NCBI GenBank assembly: GCA_905331295.1
Contig: CAJNYD010000011.1
Span: 126,189 to 190,188 of the forward strand
DNA: 64,000 nucleotides
From: Rotaria socialis
Taxonomy: Eukaryota
Reading direction: 5' to 3'
This document shows positions 15,201 to 27,786 of this stretch, piece by piece; the stretch's first letter is position 1; the number at the start of each line of letters is the position of its first letter. The notes beneath the pieces were generated by a model. It was not told the DNA's origin. It did not search any database and saw only the letters and a program-made list of their open reading frames with translations. The translations under genes and the position numbers were made by a program.

Positions 15201-18200
15201 CATGGAAGAAGCTCGACTAATGAGAGCCAATGCACAATTAAAAACGGCACAAGAAGAACTTGATCGACGTGAAGCTGAAGTCGCTGCTGCCCAAGCTGAA
15301 TATGATATGGCTATGTCAATAAAACAACGTCTACAAGATGATCTTGATCGAACATTGAAACGAATGAATGCAGCTAGAGAATTAATATCAGGTTTAGCTG
15401 ATGAACAAGAACGATGGACTGAAGAAAGTAAACAATTCAAAGCACAAATTGGACGGTAAAAAGAAACGACCTAGAAATGTTTCTTTCTGTTTACTGACTT
15501 TTCTTTCTGTTTAAGATTAATTGGTGATGTACTTCTTTGTACAGGTTTCCTCTCATATCAAGGTCCGTTTAATCAAGATTTTCGTTTACTATTAGCAAAA
15601 GATTGGCAAAAACTGTTAACAGAACGAAATATTCTATTTACACGAACATTAAATGTAACTGACTATTTAACTGATGTAACAATGGTCGGTGAATGGAAAT
15701 TACAAGGTTTACCTAATGATGAATTATCAGTACAAAATGCTATTATCGTAACACGTGCTAAACGTTTTGCATTATTAATTGATCCACAAGGGCAAGGAAA
15801 AAGTTGGATAAAACGAAAAGAATTAAATAATGATTTACAATTAACAAATCTTCATTCAAAACATTTTCGACAACATCTAGAAGATTGTCTTTCACTTGGT
15901 CGACCGTTATTAATCGAAGATGTTGGAGATGAACTTGATCCAGCATTGGATAATATTTTAGAAAAAAATTTTATTCGTGCCGGTACAACACTTAAAGTTA
16001 AAGTCGGAGATAAAGAAGTCGATGTACTGAACGGCTTTAATTTATACATAACAACAAAATTAGCTAATCCAGCATTTACACCTGAAGTATCAGCTAAAAC
16101 ATCAGTTATTGATTTTACAGTTACAATGAAAGGATTAGAAGATCAATTATTAGGTTTAACTATTTTGAAAGAAAAAGCTGAATTAGAAGGCGAACGCGTT
16201 AAAATGTTAGAAGATATTCAAGCTAGTAATAAACGTATTAAAGAACTTGAAGATAATTTACTATCAAGATTAAGTAATTCAAAAGTAAGTATTTATCATT
16301 GTCATAATGGCAGATATATGTATCGATTTATTTTCTATTAGGGTTCATTAGTCGATGACGATGGTTTAATTCGAACATTGAAGAAAACAAAAGTCACATC
16401 AAATGATGTTAAACAAAAACTTCAAATAGCTACAGAGACGAGTCAAAAAATAAATATTGCACGTGAAGAATATCGCCCAGTTGCCACACGAGGTTCAATT
16501 ATTTATTTTCTTATTGTTGAAATGTCTCTTGTTAATGTGATGTATCAAACATCATTAAAACAATTTTTACAATTATTTGATCAAGCACTTGAACGGTCAC
16601 CACGAGTAAATTCATTATAGCGACATAAGAATTGAAAACACGTTTATTTTCTTTTGTGATTATTTTCAGTCACCCGTTACATCAAAACGAATCACTAATG
16701 TCATGGAATATTTAACATATGAAATGTACAAATATGCTGTGCGTGGTTATTATGAAGAACATAAATTTATGTTTACACTTTTACTAGCATTGAAAATTGA
16801 TTTACAAGCGACTCGAATCAAATTTGATGAATTTCAAACATTAATTAAAGGCGGTGCTTCATTGGATGCCAACATAGGTACTAAAAATAATATTCTGTTC
16901 TTTTCTTTTTCGTGTTATAATTAATGAACGCTGTATTTAATTTTTAGTACCACATAAACCACCATATAAATGGTTACAATATGATAGTTGGCTTAATCTT
17001 GTTGAATTGTCAAAGCTTTATCAATTCGGAGATATACTTAATTCTGTAAGTGATGTTTTCTTTAAGCTACTATTCTAATTAATTATTTTCTTCTTATTTA
17101 GCTTCAACGTGCTGGTCCGTCATGGGAAACATGGTTTAAAGTACGTACATCATAATTATTCTTTCTTGTCTTACGAGAGAACTATATGGATTGAAACATG
17201 CCTTTTGAGCTTGTATTTGACTTGCAAGAGCATCTTGTAGAGATCAGTAAAACTCTAAAAAAAAACGTTTACTGTCATAGATTACTAGAAGCTTCAGCGA
17301 AAACGCTCTTGCTTCAAGGTATTGAAACTATATTTCGTACCCAAACAGTGACTTGAATTGATACAATTGTTATCGAGAAAGATTTGATGGGAATAGAATT
17401 TTCATAGTAGTCTGTCCATATAATTGACCAAGAAAATCCAACAGTTCGTTGTCAAGATCTGAAACTCCATGAGCTCTGTCAAAAATGGGATATTGTATTC
17501 TCTCGATAATTTTTCTAGAAGAAAATTACAAGAAGCCATTTTCTTGGATTCTTGATACCCATTTAGTGTCAATCAAAGATGTTGTGAATAACTTTGGAAG
17601 ATCTTGTTTGGTAGATTTTTTGTCATCCATGTAATCAAAAACAAAATTGATACTTGAAATTCTGACTTGTAACTGTAGAAACATGGCGAAATTTTGTTTA
17701 GTGAAGTTTCAGTATATACTCAAAGTTCGATTAAAGCTAAAGTAAAATGGAATTGACTTGATTAAAAGTGCCCAAATGGTTAACCCTCTAGAACTGTAAT
17801 AGCCCTAAGCAAAGTCTTCTTATTATAAGCTCACATGGCATGCATCAGTCTATGTTATTCTCTCTACGATATATACAATTTAAACTCATGCTAGGTTTCT
17901 CAAACTACTCTTCCGAACGTTAGTATTCTGCTCTAAATTAGTTTGCTGCTCTCTGCATTTTTCTTTTCTCATGCTTTATGCAAATGATTTTATTTCTCTT
18001 TTTTTCAATAGAAAGATGAGCCAGAACGAATAGATTTACCAGATGGTTGGGAATCGCAATTGGATAAATTTCGTCGTCTACTGTTAATTCGATCAATAAC
18101 ACCAGCACGCTTTGTTAAATCTGCATATGATTATGTAATTAATGCATTAGGACCAAAATATAGTGATGGTGTTGTACTCGATATGGAGAAAATGTGGGAA

Positions 18201-20999
18201 GAATCTGATAAATGTTCACCGATGATATGTTTTCTATCTATGGGTTCAGATCCATCGTTACAAATTGAAATTTTAGCTAAAAACCGAGCGATTGATTGTC
18301 ATGCTATATCAATGGGACAAGGACAAGAAATTCATGCTCGACGATTATTAACGCAAGCTTATACAAATGGTACTTGGGTTTTATTACAGAATTGCCATTT
18401 ATCATTAGAGTTTTGTGAAGAATTTTTATTACAACTAACCGAAAATACAGATCGTATTCATCCAAATTTTCGTCTATGGATAACAACAGAAGTGAATCCT
18501 AAGTTTCCTATTGGTCTTTTACAACTTTCAATCAAATATACAGCCGAACCACCGCAAGGTATTCGCGCCGGTTTAAGACGAACATTTAATGGTCTAACAA
18601 AAGAACAACAATTAGAATCTAATCCACATGATAAATGGCGTCCATTATTATATACTGTGGCATTTCTACATACCATTGTACAAGAACGTAGGAAATTTGG
18701 TCCACTAGGATGGAATATACCGTATGAATATAATCAATCGGATTTCAATGCAACAATTCAATTTATTCAAAATTATCTTGATGAATCGGATATATCAAAA
18801 GTAGGGCAATTCGGTTTTTGAATTGATTAAACCATAAATTATCTTGTTTTTCTGTTTCATCCATCTAGCCGATACAATGGAAAACAGTACATTATATGAT
18901 ATCAGAAGTACAATACGGAGGTAAAAGGAATGCTTGATTTAAAAGAAAGGAGACTCAATTATTATGTGTAATTCTAGGCCGAGTCACTGATGATTTTGAT
19001 AAACGTCTTCTTAAAACATATGTTAAATCTTGGTTTTGCGATGAAATGTTTGATGCCAATTTTCAGTTTGAAGAAAAAGCGTATCATATACCGAAAATAA
19101 CTCGTATGGATGATATTTTTGATTATATTGATACAATGCCAAATTATGATAGTGGAAAAGTATTTGGATTAAGTCCATTGGCGAACGATAGGTTAGTACA
19201 ATAAATGATCATTATTCGGACATGAAAATAGTGAGAAACATTCAGGTGTAGTTTCTCGAGTTAAATATATTTAATTACGGAGTAAATTTCGAAGAGAATA
19301 ACTGTTGGACCAGTCTTCGGTAGATTAAAATATAGAGCTTGACGTAGATACTCTTTCTAATAACAATCATTTGATCATATTTTAAGTATTTTCGGATACA
19401 TCTCTTCGTCACCCGTTTCATTGAATCCTTCGACAATTTAATAGTAGTTCATATATAAGAACTTCAAATTCCAGACATACGATCTCGAAAGAAACTTGTG
19501 CCAATTTTTCTATGAATCTGATTCATTTTTGAAACGACGACAGATTCTGAAAAAAGCTTATGAACTTAAAAGTCGCGATGGGAGCCTCTTATTTTATATA
19601 GAAACGTTGTATATGACAGCTAATGAGTTACACATCATTGGTTGTTGATTCTAAATGTGTGCCAAATCATGAATCAAAAACAATGATTTTTACCATGACT
19701 ACTGATATTTTTCCAACAAATTTTCATCTCAGTCTTGAAGATTCATTAGCTAAAACTATATTTACGCTCTGGATCGTCAGTTGTATGTCACAAGCTATGT
19801 TCTATGTGCAGCTGTAAAAAATTAAGAGACGCGAAGTTAATCAAACGTATGATTACATGTTATCCCTGTCAGTGTTTGGCATGTTAGAATATATATTATC
19901 GAATATCTATCTGAATGTCCGCAACTGTTGTCATATCTTAATACTGATTTTAAATCCTGTTTTATAAAACAAACGAAAATTTTGCTTTTAACTTATATAG
20001 ATATCAAGAAGATACAACAAAAAAAGTTCTTGATACAATATTAAGCATTCAACCAAAAGAAGCTCTTGCTGGCACAGGTGAAACACGTGAATCTTCTGTC
20101 TATCGGTTAGCAACAGAAACATTGGAAAAATTACCTCCTGATTATATTGCTTACGAAGTGAAAGAACGTCTTTCAAGACTTGAACCAATGAATATTTTTC
20201 TTCGACAAGAAATTGATCGTTTTCAACGTGTAATTAATATTGTACGAATGACATTGATTGATTTAAAATTAGCTATTGATGGTACAATTGTTATGAACGA
20301 AGAATTACGCGATATACTTGATCGCATGTATGATGCAAAAATTCCAAGTATTTGGTTAAAATTATCATGGGAGTCATCAACATTAGGTGCTTGGTTTACG
20401 GATTTCTATGCACGAAATGATCAATATCGTTCATGGCTTCAGTTGAATAAAGATACACGACCAATAGCTTTTTCAATGGCAGGCTTTTTCAATCCACAAG
20501 GATTTTTAACAGCTATGCGACAAGTAAATTCTTTGTCTTCTTCCATGATTTTAATCATGTTCTACTATTTTATTTTCAGGAAGTAACAAGAGCTAATGCA
20601 GGTTGGTCGCTTGACAATGTTATTCTAACAAATCGAATAATACGAACCGATCGAGAAGCATTAAAAGAACCACCGCGTGAAGGTGTTTATGTTTATGGTC
20701 TTTATATAGAAGGAGCTAAGATACGAAGCGGAGTTTTAGATGAATTAAAAGTCAACGAAAAATTGTTAACACATCCAATGCCTGTTGTACACATATCCGC
20801 TGAAGTTGAAGTGGGCGTACATGCATCGCTCTCGAAACATGAACGTCGTCCTGTTTTTTATGCGCCCGTTTATAAAAAGCCACGTCGAACAGATCGAAAT
20901 TACATATGTACGCTTAAATTGGATTGTCCATCAGGTGATAAAACTGGACCAGATGTATGGGCATTACGAGGTGTTGCAGTTCTATGCGATAGTAAATAG
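213..20999 (+). CDS. DNAH5: Axonemal dynein heavy chain, outer-arm gamma type (DNAH5/DNAH8-like), multi-exon
   Basis: Tail motif [29 protein letters not shown]; linker [31 protein letters not shown]1 [13 protein letters not shown] split by intron 9040-9346; CFDEFNR; AAA2 [11 protein letters not shown]3 [11 protein letters not shown]4 GVGGSGKQS; stalk; [16 protein letters not shown]-terminus [13 protein letters not shown]. Start ATG at 213 ([23 protein letters not shown]) inferred from splice sites. DNAH5 and DNAH8 cannot be distinguished. Confidence 0.93.
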
Positions 21000-23981
21000 A
21001 CAATGTGCAAATGAATTTTCAATAATTGTTGTTGTGCAGTGAAAAGATTTTTTTGATCTTTAATACATAATAAAACTAATTTTGATGTTGTATGAAATTT
21101 TACAGAAAAACAACATTGTCCACTGCCGGCACTAGTTTGACTGTAGGTACTGAGTCAAGAATAAGAGTGTTAAATCAAGATCATATACAATGTTGACAAA
21201 CGACAGATGAGAAGAAATCTGTTTTCTATATTCTCAGGGAAAGCATTCCCATAGTTATAATTATTCTATGCAGGAGTAATCATTAACATCTCGATACATT
21301 GAAAAAAATCATCAGCTAATAAAATAAAACTGCAGAAACACATATTCGTATCAGTCAACTTTATTTATCAATCAATGAAACAGAATCGAAGAACAACAGT
21401 AGTATTCATCAAACCCATCGAATTTTCCACAAGAAACAGTCATGATGATGCGTCTGATGCCATGATGCTTCAATCTTAGTTCTGTTACGAATCGCAATAT
21501 GTTCGATTTGCAGGCATTGACCAGAATTCAGAAACCTATTAAAACAGTAGCCTTTACCAGCAGTCATAAAACTAACCTTTCTGGCACTGTATATGTCCCA
21601 CGGATAATATTTAACGATCGTAACTAAATCCACATTTTGATAAAGAACCACATATGACAGCCGTTTTCGGTTTTGTCGATACGGTATTTAAAGTTGAATC
21701 AATCTTTCTATTCTCATATATCGATCACTGCAAGGTTCTGTACATAATTACTATAATTTACGTAAATTCTAAGATATCCATTACCTAAAGCATTAATTAT
21801 ATCAATTGACGCATTCCTTTTTTTCTACACATTGCGATGAGCTTTTGAATTTCCGCATTCTTCACAATATAGTATTTTCACTATTGAACCACTGCGAAGG
21901 AAAAAATGGCGTGGTTCGTACTGAACTCTTGAGGAAAATGGCGTCAATAAAATAAACTCATAGCTGGATGATGGGGCTGCTTGTGTACATCTACAACAGC
22001 ACTTAAACATATTTTCTTGAAGTTTAACTCTATGTGGAGCCTGCTGAACGTCACTAAGATTCTTATTCTAATTTCGAAGATACTGTTTTTATTTTAAACT
22101 GGAAATGATACGAGTATTGTTCAGACGAATTTGACGATTTTCATGCATATATTTAGAACTCATAGTCAGCATAAGTTCTGAATTACCATTGGTTTTGGCT
22201 CTTCTCCCTTCCATATCAATCAAGTTTACACGTCATCGAATAAATTCATATGCCAATATAAGACAAGTAATCTCAGAATCTTGTAAGAGAATGCATAGGT
22301 AAAAAGAAAATGCCTTGAACGATATCAACGACAAGACTGAAACTGTTTTTTGGAAAGTTTAAAATCTTTTTGTAGAATCAAAATGGTTCGAATACATTTG
22401 CAAATATTCTAAATACTGCATACAATAGCTATCTGCTTTTATGCTCATATAAAAAAAATATCATATGATAGATGTCAAGGATAATTTATTTGCTATACGG
22501 GTCATATGATCGACATAAAAGCCATGGCTTAAGAAAGTATTCAGTATCAGTATTTCTGAACTTATCAAGATATATGATAGTGCCTTGCGATGTGCTATTC
22601 GAATAATGAGCATGAACAAGAACAGTTTAACGTATGGTTAGAATAACACTAATGAAATATCCAAAAGAAAAATAACGAGCATATAGCAGCCAAATACACG
22701 AAAGAATAGATTTTTATGTTAGAACTACTACAGAGATAAATAAGTTAAATTATTTCTCAAGCGATAGATTATTCTTGAAAAAATCGCCGGAATCTCTAGA
22801 GATTTTTCACTGGACGTATTTATGATAATGAGAACAAACAACACATGTAAGTTGTGCATCGCAGTTCTTGAGACACTGTGCTGACAACCTTTTCATGATT
22901 ATTAAGTGCTATTATTCATTGATATAGCTATAAAACTAGGAAAACGAGAATCAAGAATATTGGGTATTATTTATACAATTCGATGAATAAAATCCTTTGT
23001 TGATGAGACTAACTGGATAAATATAGTTTTTTTTATGGTTTTCCGCTTGGACAGTAAAGAATGTCTATTGTTTGTGATTGCATATGAATCTGTATTATTT
23101 CAATTCACAAAACAAAGATCAGAGAATGTTCCGAAATTATAATCTGATATGTTGAATTTGTATCATTGTCTCGTTTTCAATTAGAACAATACGTTGTATA
23201 ATATCGTCAGTAGTCCAATGTCTAGAATGTTCTAATGATCAATAGGCATTGTTTTCTAAGAATTCAAGTATTTTACTGGAATATTTTATATACAATATAA
23301 GCACTTCATTTAAAGCTTACAATGGCATTGAACAATTTTGTTTTGACAAAGTACTATGAAGAATTTCATTGTCAATCGTTTTCTTCCCATTATATTCTCT
23401 TTCAGTAGGATAACATTGAGTTGATGTAATCTTTTCTCTTCTCAGATAGCTCAGTCTTGAAAAACTAGTAACTATTATTGTCTTCTGTCAGTACTACTAT
23501 ATGGAATCAATCATTTCACTGATATAATCCACTGCGTGCTAATTTGTAGAGGTTACACAACCAACTGTTTCAATTATCTTTACATCAGTATCTAAGGCTG
23601 TATATGCTCATTAATCAAATTACTGAGATCAAAAGAGCTACTTTACTCAAAAATAAAAAGTAATGTAAGCTAGTACAGCAATCAAAAATAGAGATATTTT
23701 ACGTCAGTTTTTTTATGTAGTTATTCATAAGTATTATGTTCTAAACAAAAAATCTACGAAGCAAATGATTAATCTATAAAAAGAAATGCCATGCGTACAT
23801 TTTTTTGCAACAAAATTTCTTGCACGCTTAGTGAAAGTCTATAAAGATATCGTCTTTTCTTTCTTTAATATCATGTGGTATCAAGATTTGGCGTGTAGGT
23901 ATCCGACCAACAGGCAATGCATTTGCTGATTCCAAACAGAAGATAATAGCAGTGTCTTCTTTGAGTACAGACTTCTTTTTT

Positions 23982-24020
23982 TCTTCTGCTTCTGCTTCTT
24001 CTTCTTCTTCTTCTTCTTCT
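23982..24020. repeat. (CTT)n microsatellite
   Basis: tcttctgcttctgcttcttcttcttcttcttcttcttct upstream of the sHSP gene. Confidence 0.8.
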
Positions 24021-24288
24021 CATCGTCTTACCCATTTTTTTCCAGTTTCTATACTATCATGTATATGCATATAATCAATACACGACGAAAAAGCCACATA
24101 CACATGCATGCATATGTAGAATGGATGCTAAAAATAGTGTCAAGGATGCAAACTAGCTATTTCTATTTGATGATAGTATGTTTTTGTACAGAACGAAGAA
24201 AATACAAATGATGAAAGAAACGACAAAGACTACGAGCAAGGTATTCTATTCGTCGTTCTAACTTCATCGCTATTAACATACATAATAT

Positions 24289-25002
24289 ATGGCTTCTTCG
24301 ACTATTATACCTATTGTTTATACGCATAATTCTTTAGAGAAAAATCGTTTAGGATCACCAATATCTTCATCAAACCGTTACTCAGTACACGATCATGGGC
24401 AAGGCTATCGAACATATTCATATGAGTTCGATTTAGTTGATTATGAGCCAGAACAAATAGATGTTCTTCTGGATGACAATGGTACATTACGCATACGTGC
24501 AAACCGTTCACCATGTCGAGAATTCAGACGTGAATATAATCTTGGTGGGCCTAACGTTGAAACAACACTTGTAAGAAATACAATTGACACTCGTGGACGT
24601 CTTCGCGTTGACATTGATGTTCGGCCACGCCGTTTTGATTTACAATCACCCAATAATAATATTCTTACGTTTGATTTGCAAGGCTACAGACCAGAAAATG
24701 TAAATGTTCGAATAAATCAAAATGGTTTACTTAAAATAAGTGGTCAACATATTGATAATTCACATGGTAATAATATTAATCGTGAATACTATCGACAATA
24801 TCAATTACCAGCAAATGTTGATCCTGATAAAGTACGTGCTCGTATGGATCAAAATCAAATACTAACTATTGAGTTACCTCAATCATTATTAGCAAGAGAT
24901 CCTACTAGACGTGAATATTGGGTACCTGTTTATGAAAGAAATTATCCGCCATGTTATTGTGGTACACCTGGTAGTGGCTGCTGTTGTTGCAATATTATGT
25001 AA
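24289..25002 (+). CDS. Small heat-shock protein (HSP20 family) with two tandem alpha-crystallin domains and C-terminal Cys-rich/CaaX tail; intronless
   Basis: Two ACD-like units: FDLVDYEPEQIDV...GTLRIRA...REFRREYNL and FDLQGYRPENVNVRINQNGLLKISG...REYYRQYQLPANVDPDKVRARMDQNQILTIELP. Ends CYCGTPGSGCCCCNIM*. Confidence 0.88.
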   Translation: MASSTIIPIVYTHNSLEKNRLGSPISSSNRYSVHDHGQGYRTYSYEFDLVDYEPEQIDVLLDDNGTLRIRANRSPCREFRREYNLGGPNVETTLVRNTIDTRGRLRVDIDVRPRRFDLQSPNNNILTFDLQGYRPENVNVRINQNGLLKISGQHIDNSHGNNINREYYRQYQLPANVDPDKVRARMDQNQILTIELPQSLLARDPTRREYWVPVYERNYPPCYCGTPGSGCCCCNIM

Positions 25003-25092
25003 TAAACAACAGAATCGAAGAAACACAAAGACATCTTTATTAATTTAGTAAAAAAATTTACAAAAGCAAAAAAAAAGATTTTCTCTTTTCAC

Positions 25093-25470
25093 TCATTCAC
25101 ATTTTTCTACTACAATCTTTTTCATAGTACTATGTATACCATCAATTTTGTTAATATAACATAGAAAATTAATTCCATTTAATAGATATTCTTGAAAAAT
25201 ACATGTAGGAAATAAACGATCGTGGTTCGTCTTAGTTATTTTATCAATATGTATACGACGGTTATCTAAAATATGTCTTAATTCTGGAATGTTATCATAA
25301 ATAAATTTTAGATAATCTTTTTCTGTTGATATTGATAAAAACGATGTTTTGTTTAATTGTTGAAGAATATATTTCATGAGACGAACAATATTAATTAGAA
25401 TTTTTTGTGTAGTTAAAATCAATGTCGATGTTGGAACACAAGTGAGTAGTGTTTGATGAGAACCTTTAAA
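25093..25470 (-). CDS. Last exon of an unidentified gene convergent with the sHSP; upstream exons possibly at about 25520-25900
   Basis: Open frame of about 125 codons after a possible AG acceptor (GSHQTLLTCVPT...KKIVVEKCE*). No recognisable domain. Confidence 0.4.
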   Translation of the reverse strand, partial: FKGSHQTLLTCVPTSTLILTTQKILINIVRLMKYILQQLNKTSFLSISTEKDYLKFIYDNIPELRHILDNRRIHIDKITKTNHDRLFPTCIFQEYLLNGINFLCYINKIDGIHSTMKKIVVEKCE

Positions 25471-26258
25471 AAAATCATATATCATAAAGTAAATCATAAA
25501 GTATTTGTATGATTTTTCATTGAAAACATGACAGTTTCCAAAAGGAAATATAAATCTTATAGATGAAATATCGATAATCTATGAGCAACTGGGCAGCTGG
25601 TCTTGGTTGTTTCAATTGAAATCTCTTATATATCTTACTTTGCATACTCACACTCACTTAATCGCAATACTCTGTCAACATTCATCAAGAGTAATATTTT
25701 ATGCGATCAATCGCTTCCAGATTAATTGTCCTGTCACTCAATCTGTGCACTATATGTAGAAGATAAATTAGAATGAATATAGATAATAAAAAAACTCTTA
25801 TAAACAATGTTTCGATAAATATTAAGTTGCAACTCAACGTTCAGTTTATACTTCAATGTTGCTATATTATTACGATTCTTGATGCAAATTCTCATAATGA
25901 AATACAGTTAAATCTATCAACTGCATTCGTTACTTATTGAGACATTATCAAGCTTTGTATATCTATCTGCCTTATCTAGTTTCAGATGGTTTTCCGATTT
26001 TTCCAGTCAATAATTATATCACAACAACTATAAACTACTACTAAAAGTTATTGTGTATTGTTAAGAGATTTATGAAAATTTTTAAGCAATAGATTCTTAA
26101 GATCTACATCTAAACGAAACTCGTTTCGAATGAAACATCATGTAGAATTTCCGTTAGCATGACTATAGTTTGACTATGAAATCCTATGATTTAAAACCAT
26201 CTACCGTTTTTTTTTGTAGTCATTTTACTAATATCCCCTTTTAGGAATTCAATATGAC

Positions 26259-26384
26259 TAGAGGTGTCAGCCGTACGGCTGAGCCGCCGCAGCAGCCGAT
26301 TTTTCAATAATATCAGCCGCCGCAGCCACCAAATTAGTAGTAATTTTAAGAATTTTGGGGGAGCCGCCGGTGCGAAAAAACAAG
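26259..26384 (+). mobile_element. Left end of a hAT-like non-autonomous element, running into an assembly gap
   Basis: Starts TAGAGGTGTC, sharing AGAGGTGTC with the TIR at 30404. GC-rich subterminal repeats cagccgccgcagc. Confidence 0.5.
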
Positions 26385-26484
26385 NNNNNNNNNNNNNNNN
26401 NNNNNNNNNNNNNNNNNNNNNNNNNNNNNNNNNNNNNNNNNNNNNNNNNNNNNNNNNNNNNNNNNNNNNNNNNNNNNNNNNNNN
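26385..26484. other. Assembly gap (100 N)
   Basis: Run of n. Confidence 1.
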
Positions 26485-27786
26485 AGCTGATATTTCGTGT
26501 CAATACTTACAATGGGCAATGCTCTTACCATAAAAAATTTGAAATGAAACGGTTGTATTTTAATTTTTCTGTATGCACTTGCATATAAGCAAAAAATGAT
26601 CATTTTATCAATTTTCATGGTCCAGTATTTAGTGGCCAAAACATAGTGTAGTGCTAAAATTTGATTTATAGAAAGTCATTACTCCTGCTTCATTCTAGTG
26701 AAACTTTTAGCTTCCCAACACAAAACCGTCGTTCAGGCGAACCTTGAAAAAATTAGCATTTTTAGGCGGTGGCGATCTCATAAACTATATGTTTTTTAAC
26801 GATTTTTATTCTTGGTCCTGATAAGCCTGACTTTGTTCTATTGGATTCTGCAAAGAGTAGCGTGGGATTTCTGTGGGAGCCATGGTCACATGAGACGTAC
26901 TGAGAGTCCTGCACAGGTTACCTGCGTTTTTCAAGCTGAGCTTCGCAAACTAAAAAACATGATATATTTGGGACATGTAAGGAATTTTTCATGGAGAGGA
27001 TGATGGCGTTAATATTCCGGGTGGGGCTGGGAGGTGGCATTAAAAAATTTATATCTTGAAAATGTATATTGTTTTGGAAGAGATAGAATATTTTTCTATT
27101 TCAACCATTATTAGACTCATTAATCTATGGTAGAAGTGGGATCGCTTTTTAGCTTCCATAATACTGCTGGTACCCATTGTTTATCGAAATCAGCACGAGT
27201 ACAAGCTATTTATGAACTGAACGTAGCAAGAAGCGTTCAGTTCAAAGTTAATGTTTCTAGATCGGCTAATACATTCTACATTATTCAATGCAGATAATAT
27301 TAACGGTACACCTATTGTGTCAGAAATTAGTATTGAAATATATAGTGTTCGAAAAATGTGTTCGACTGAATGGAATCCGGTATGCGATAAAATGATCAGG
27401 GACACATATGTAATTGTCACTCTAAGTTAGAGTCCACTTTATTATGGGCAGTTGAATTCTAGATAATCTTTATTGAATAAACATTATAACTGACAATGTG
27501 AGTTTATATTATATGTATGTTCAACTTGATCACGAGAATGATTCACACAGTAGACAGTGATGGGCATATTGGATTGTGTCATACTCAAGGGAGAGACATT
27601 ATTGAACGGAGCATTGCTGGGAGGAGAAATGACCTTTATTTTTTCTCTCTATTTCTCACAATAAATGATCTGGTCGATAAAAAATAAAGTTAATGAAGTG
27701 CGACGAAATCAAGGACGAAAGAAAGGTAACGAAAAAGATTGATGGAAAGAAACAAATCGCTATGAAAAATAACTTTTTCGTGTAAA

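Noticed and set aside
5539..20188. Antisense and alternative-frame ORFs overlapping dynein
   Set aside because: Shadow ORFs of coding exons or intronic noise
21409..22010. Short minus-strand ORFs downstream of dynein
   Set aside because: No recognisable domain or consistent exon chain; possibly a decayed gene but unsupported
23115..23240. Possible heat-shock elements (GAAtgTTC) upstream of the sHSP
   Set aside because: Only two good pentamer units each, more than 1 kb upstream, and expected by chance in AT-rich DNA
26264..26639. ORFs spanning N runs (also 41115-41354 and 62650-62904)
   Set aside because: Artefacts of assembly gaps
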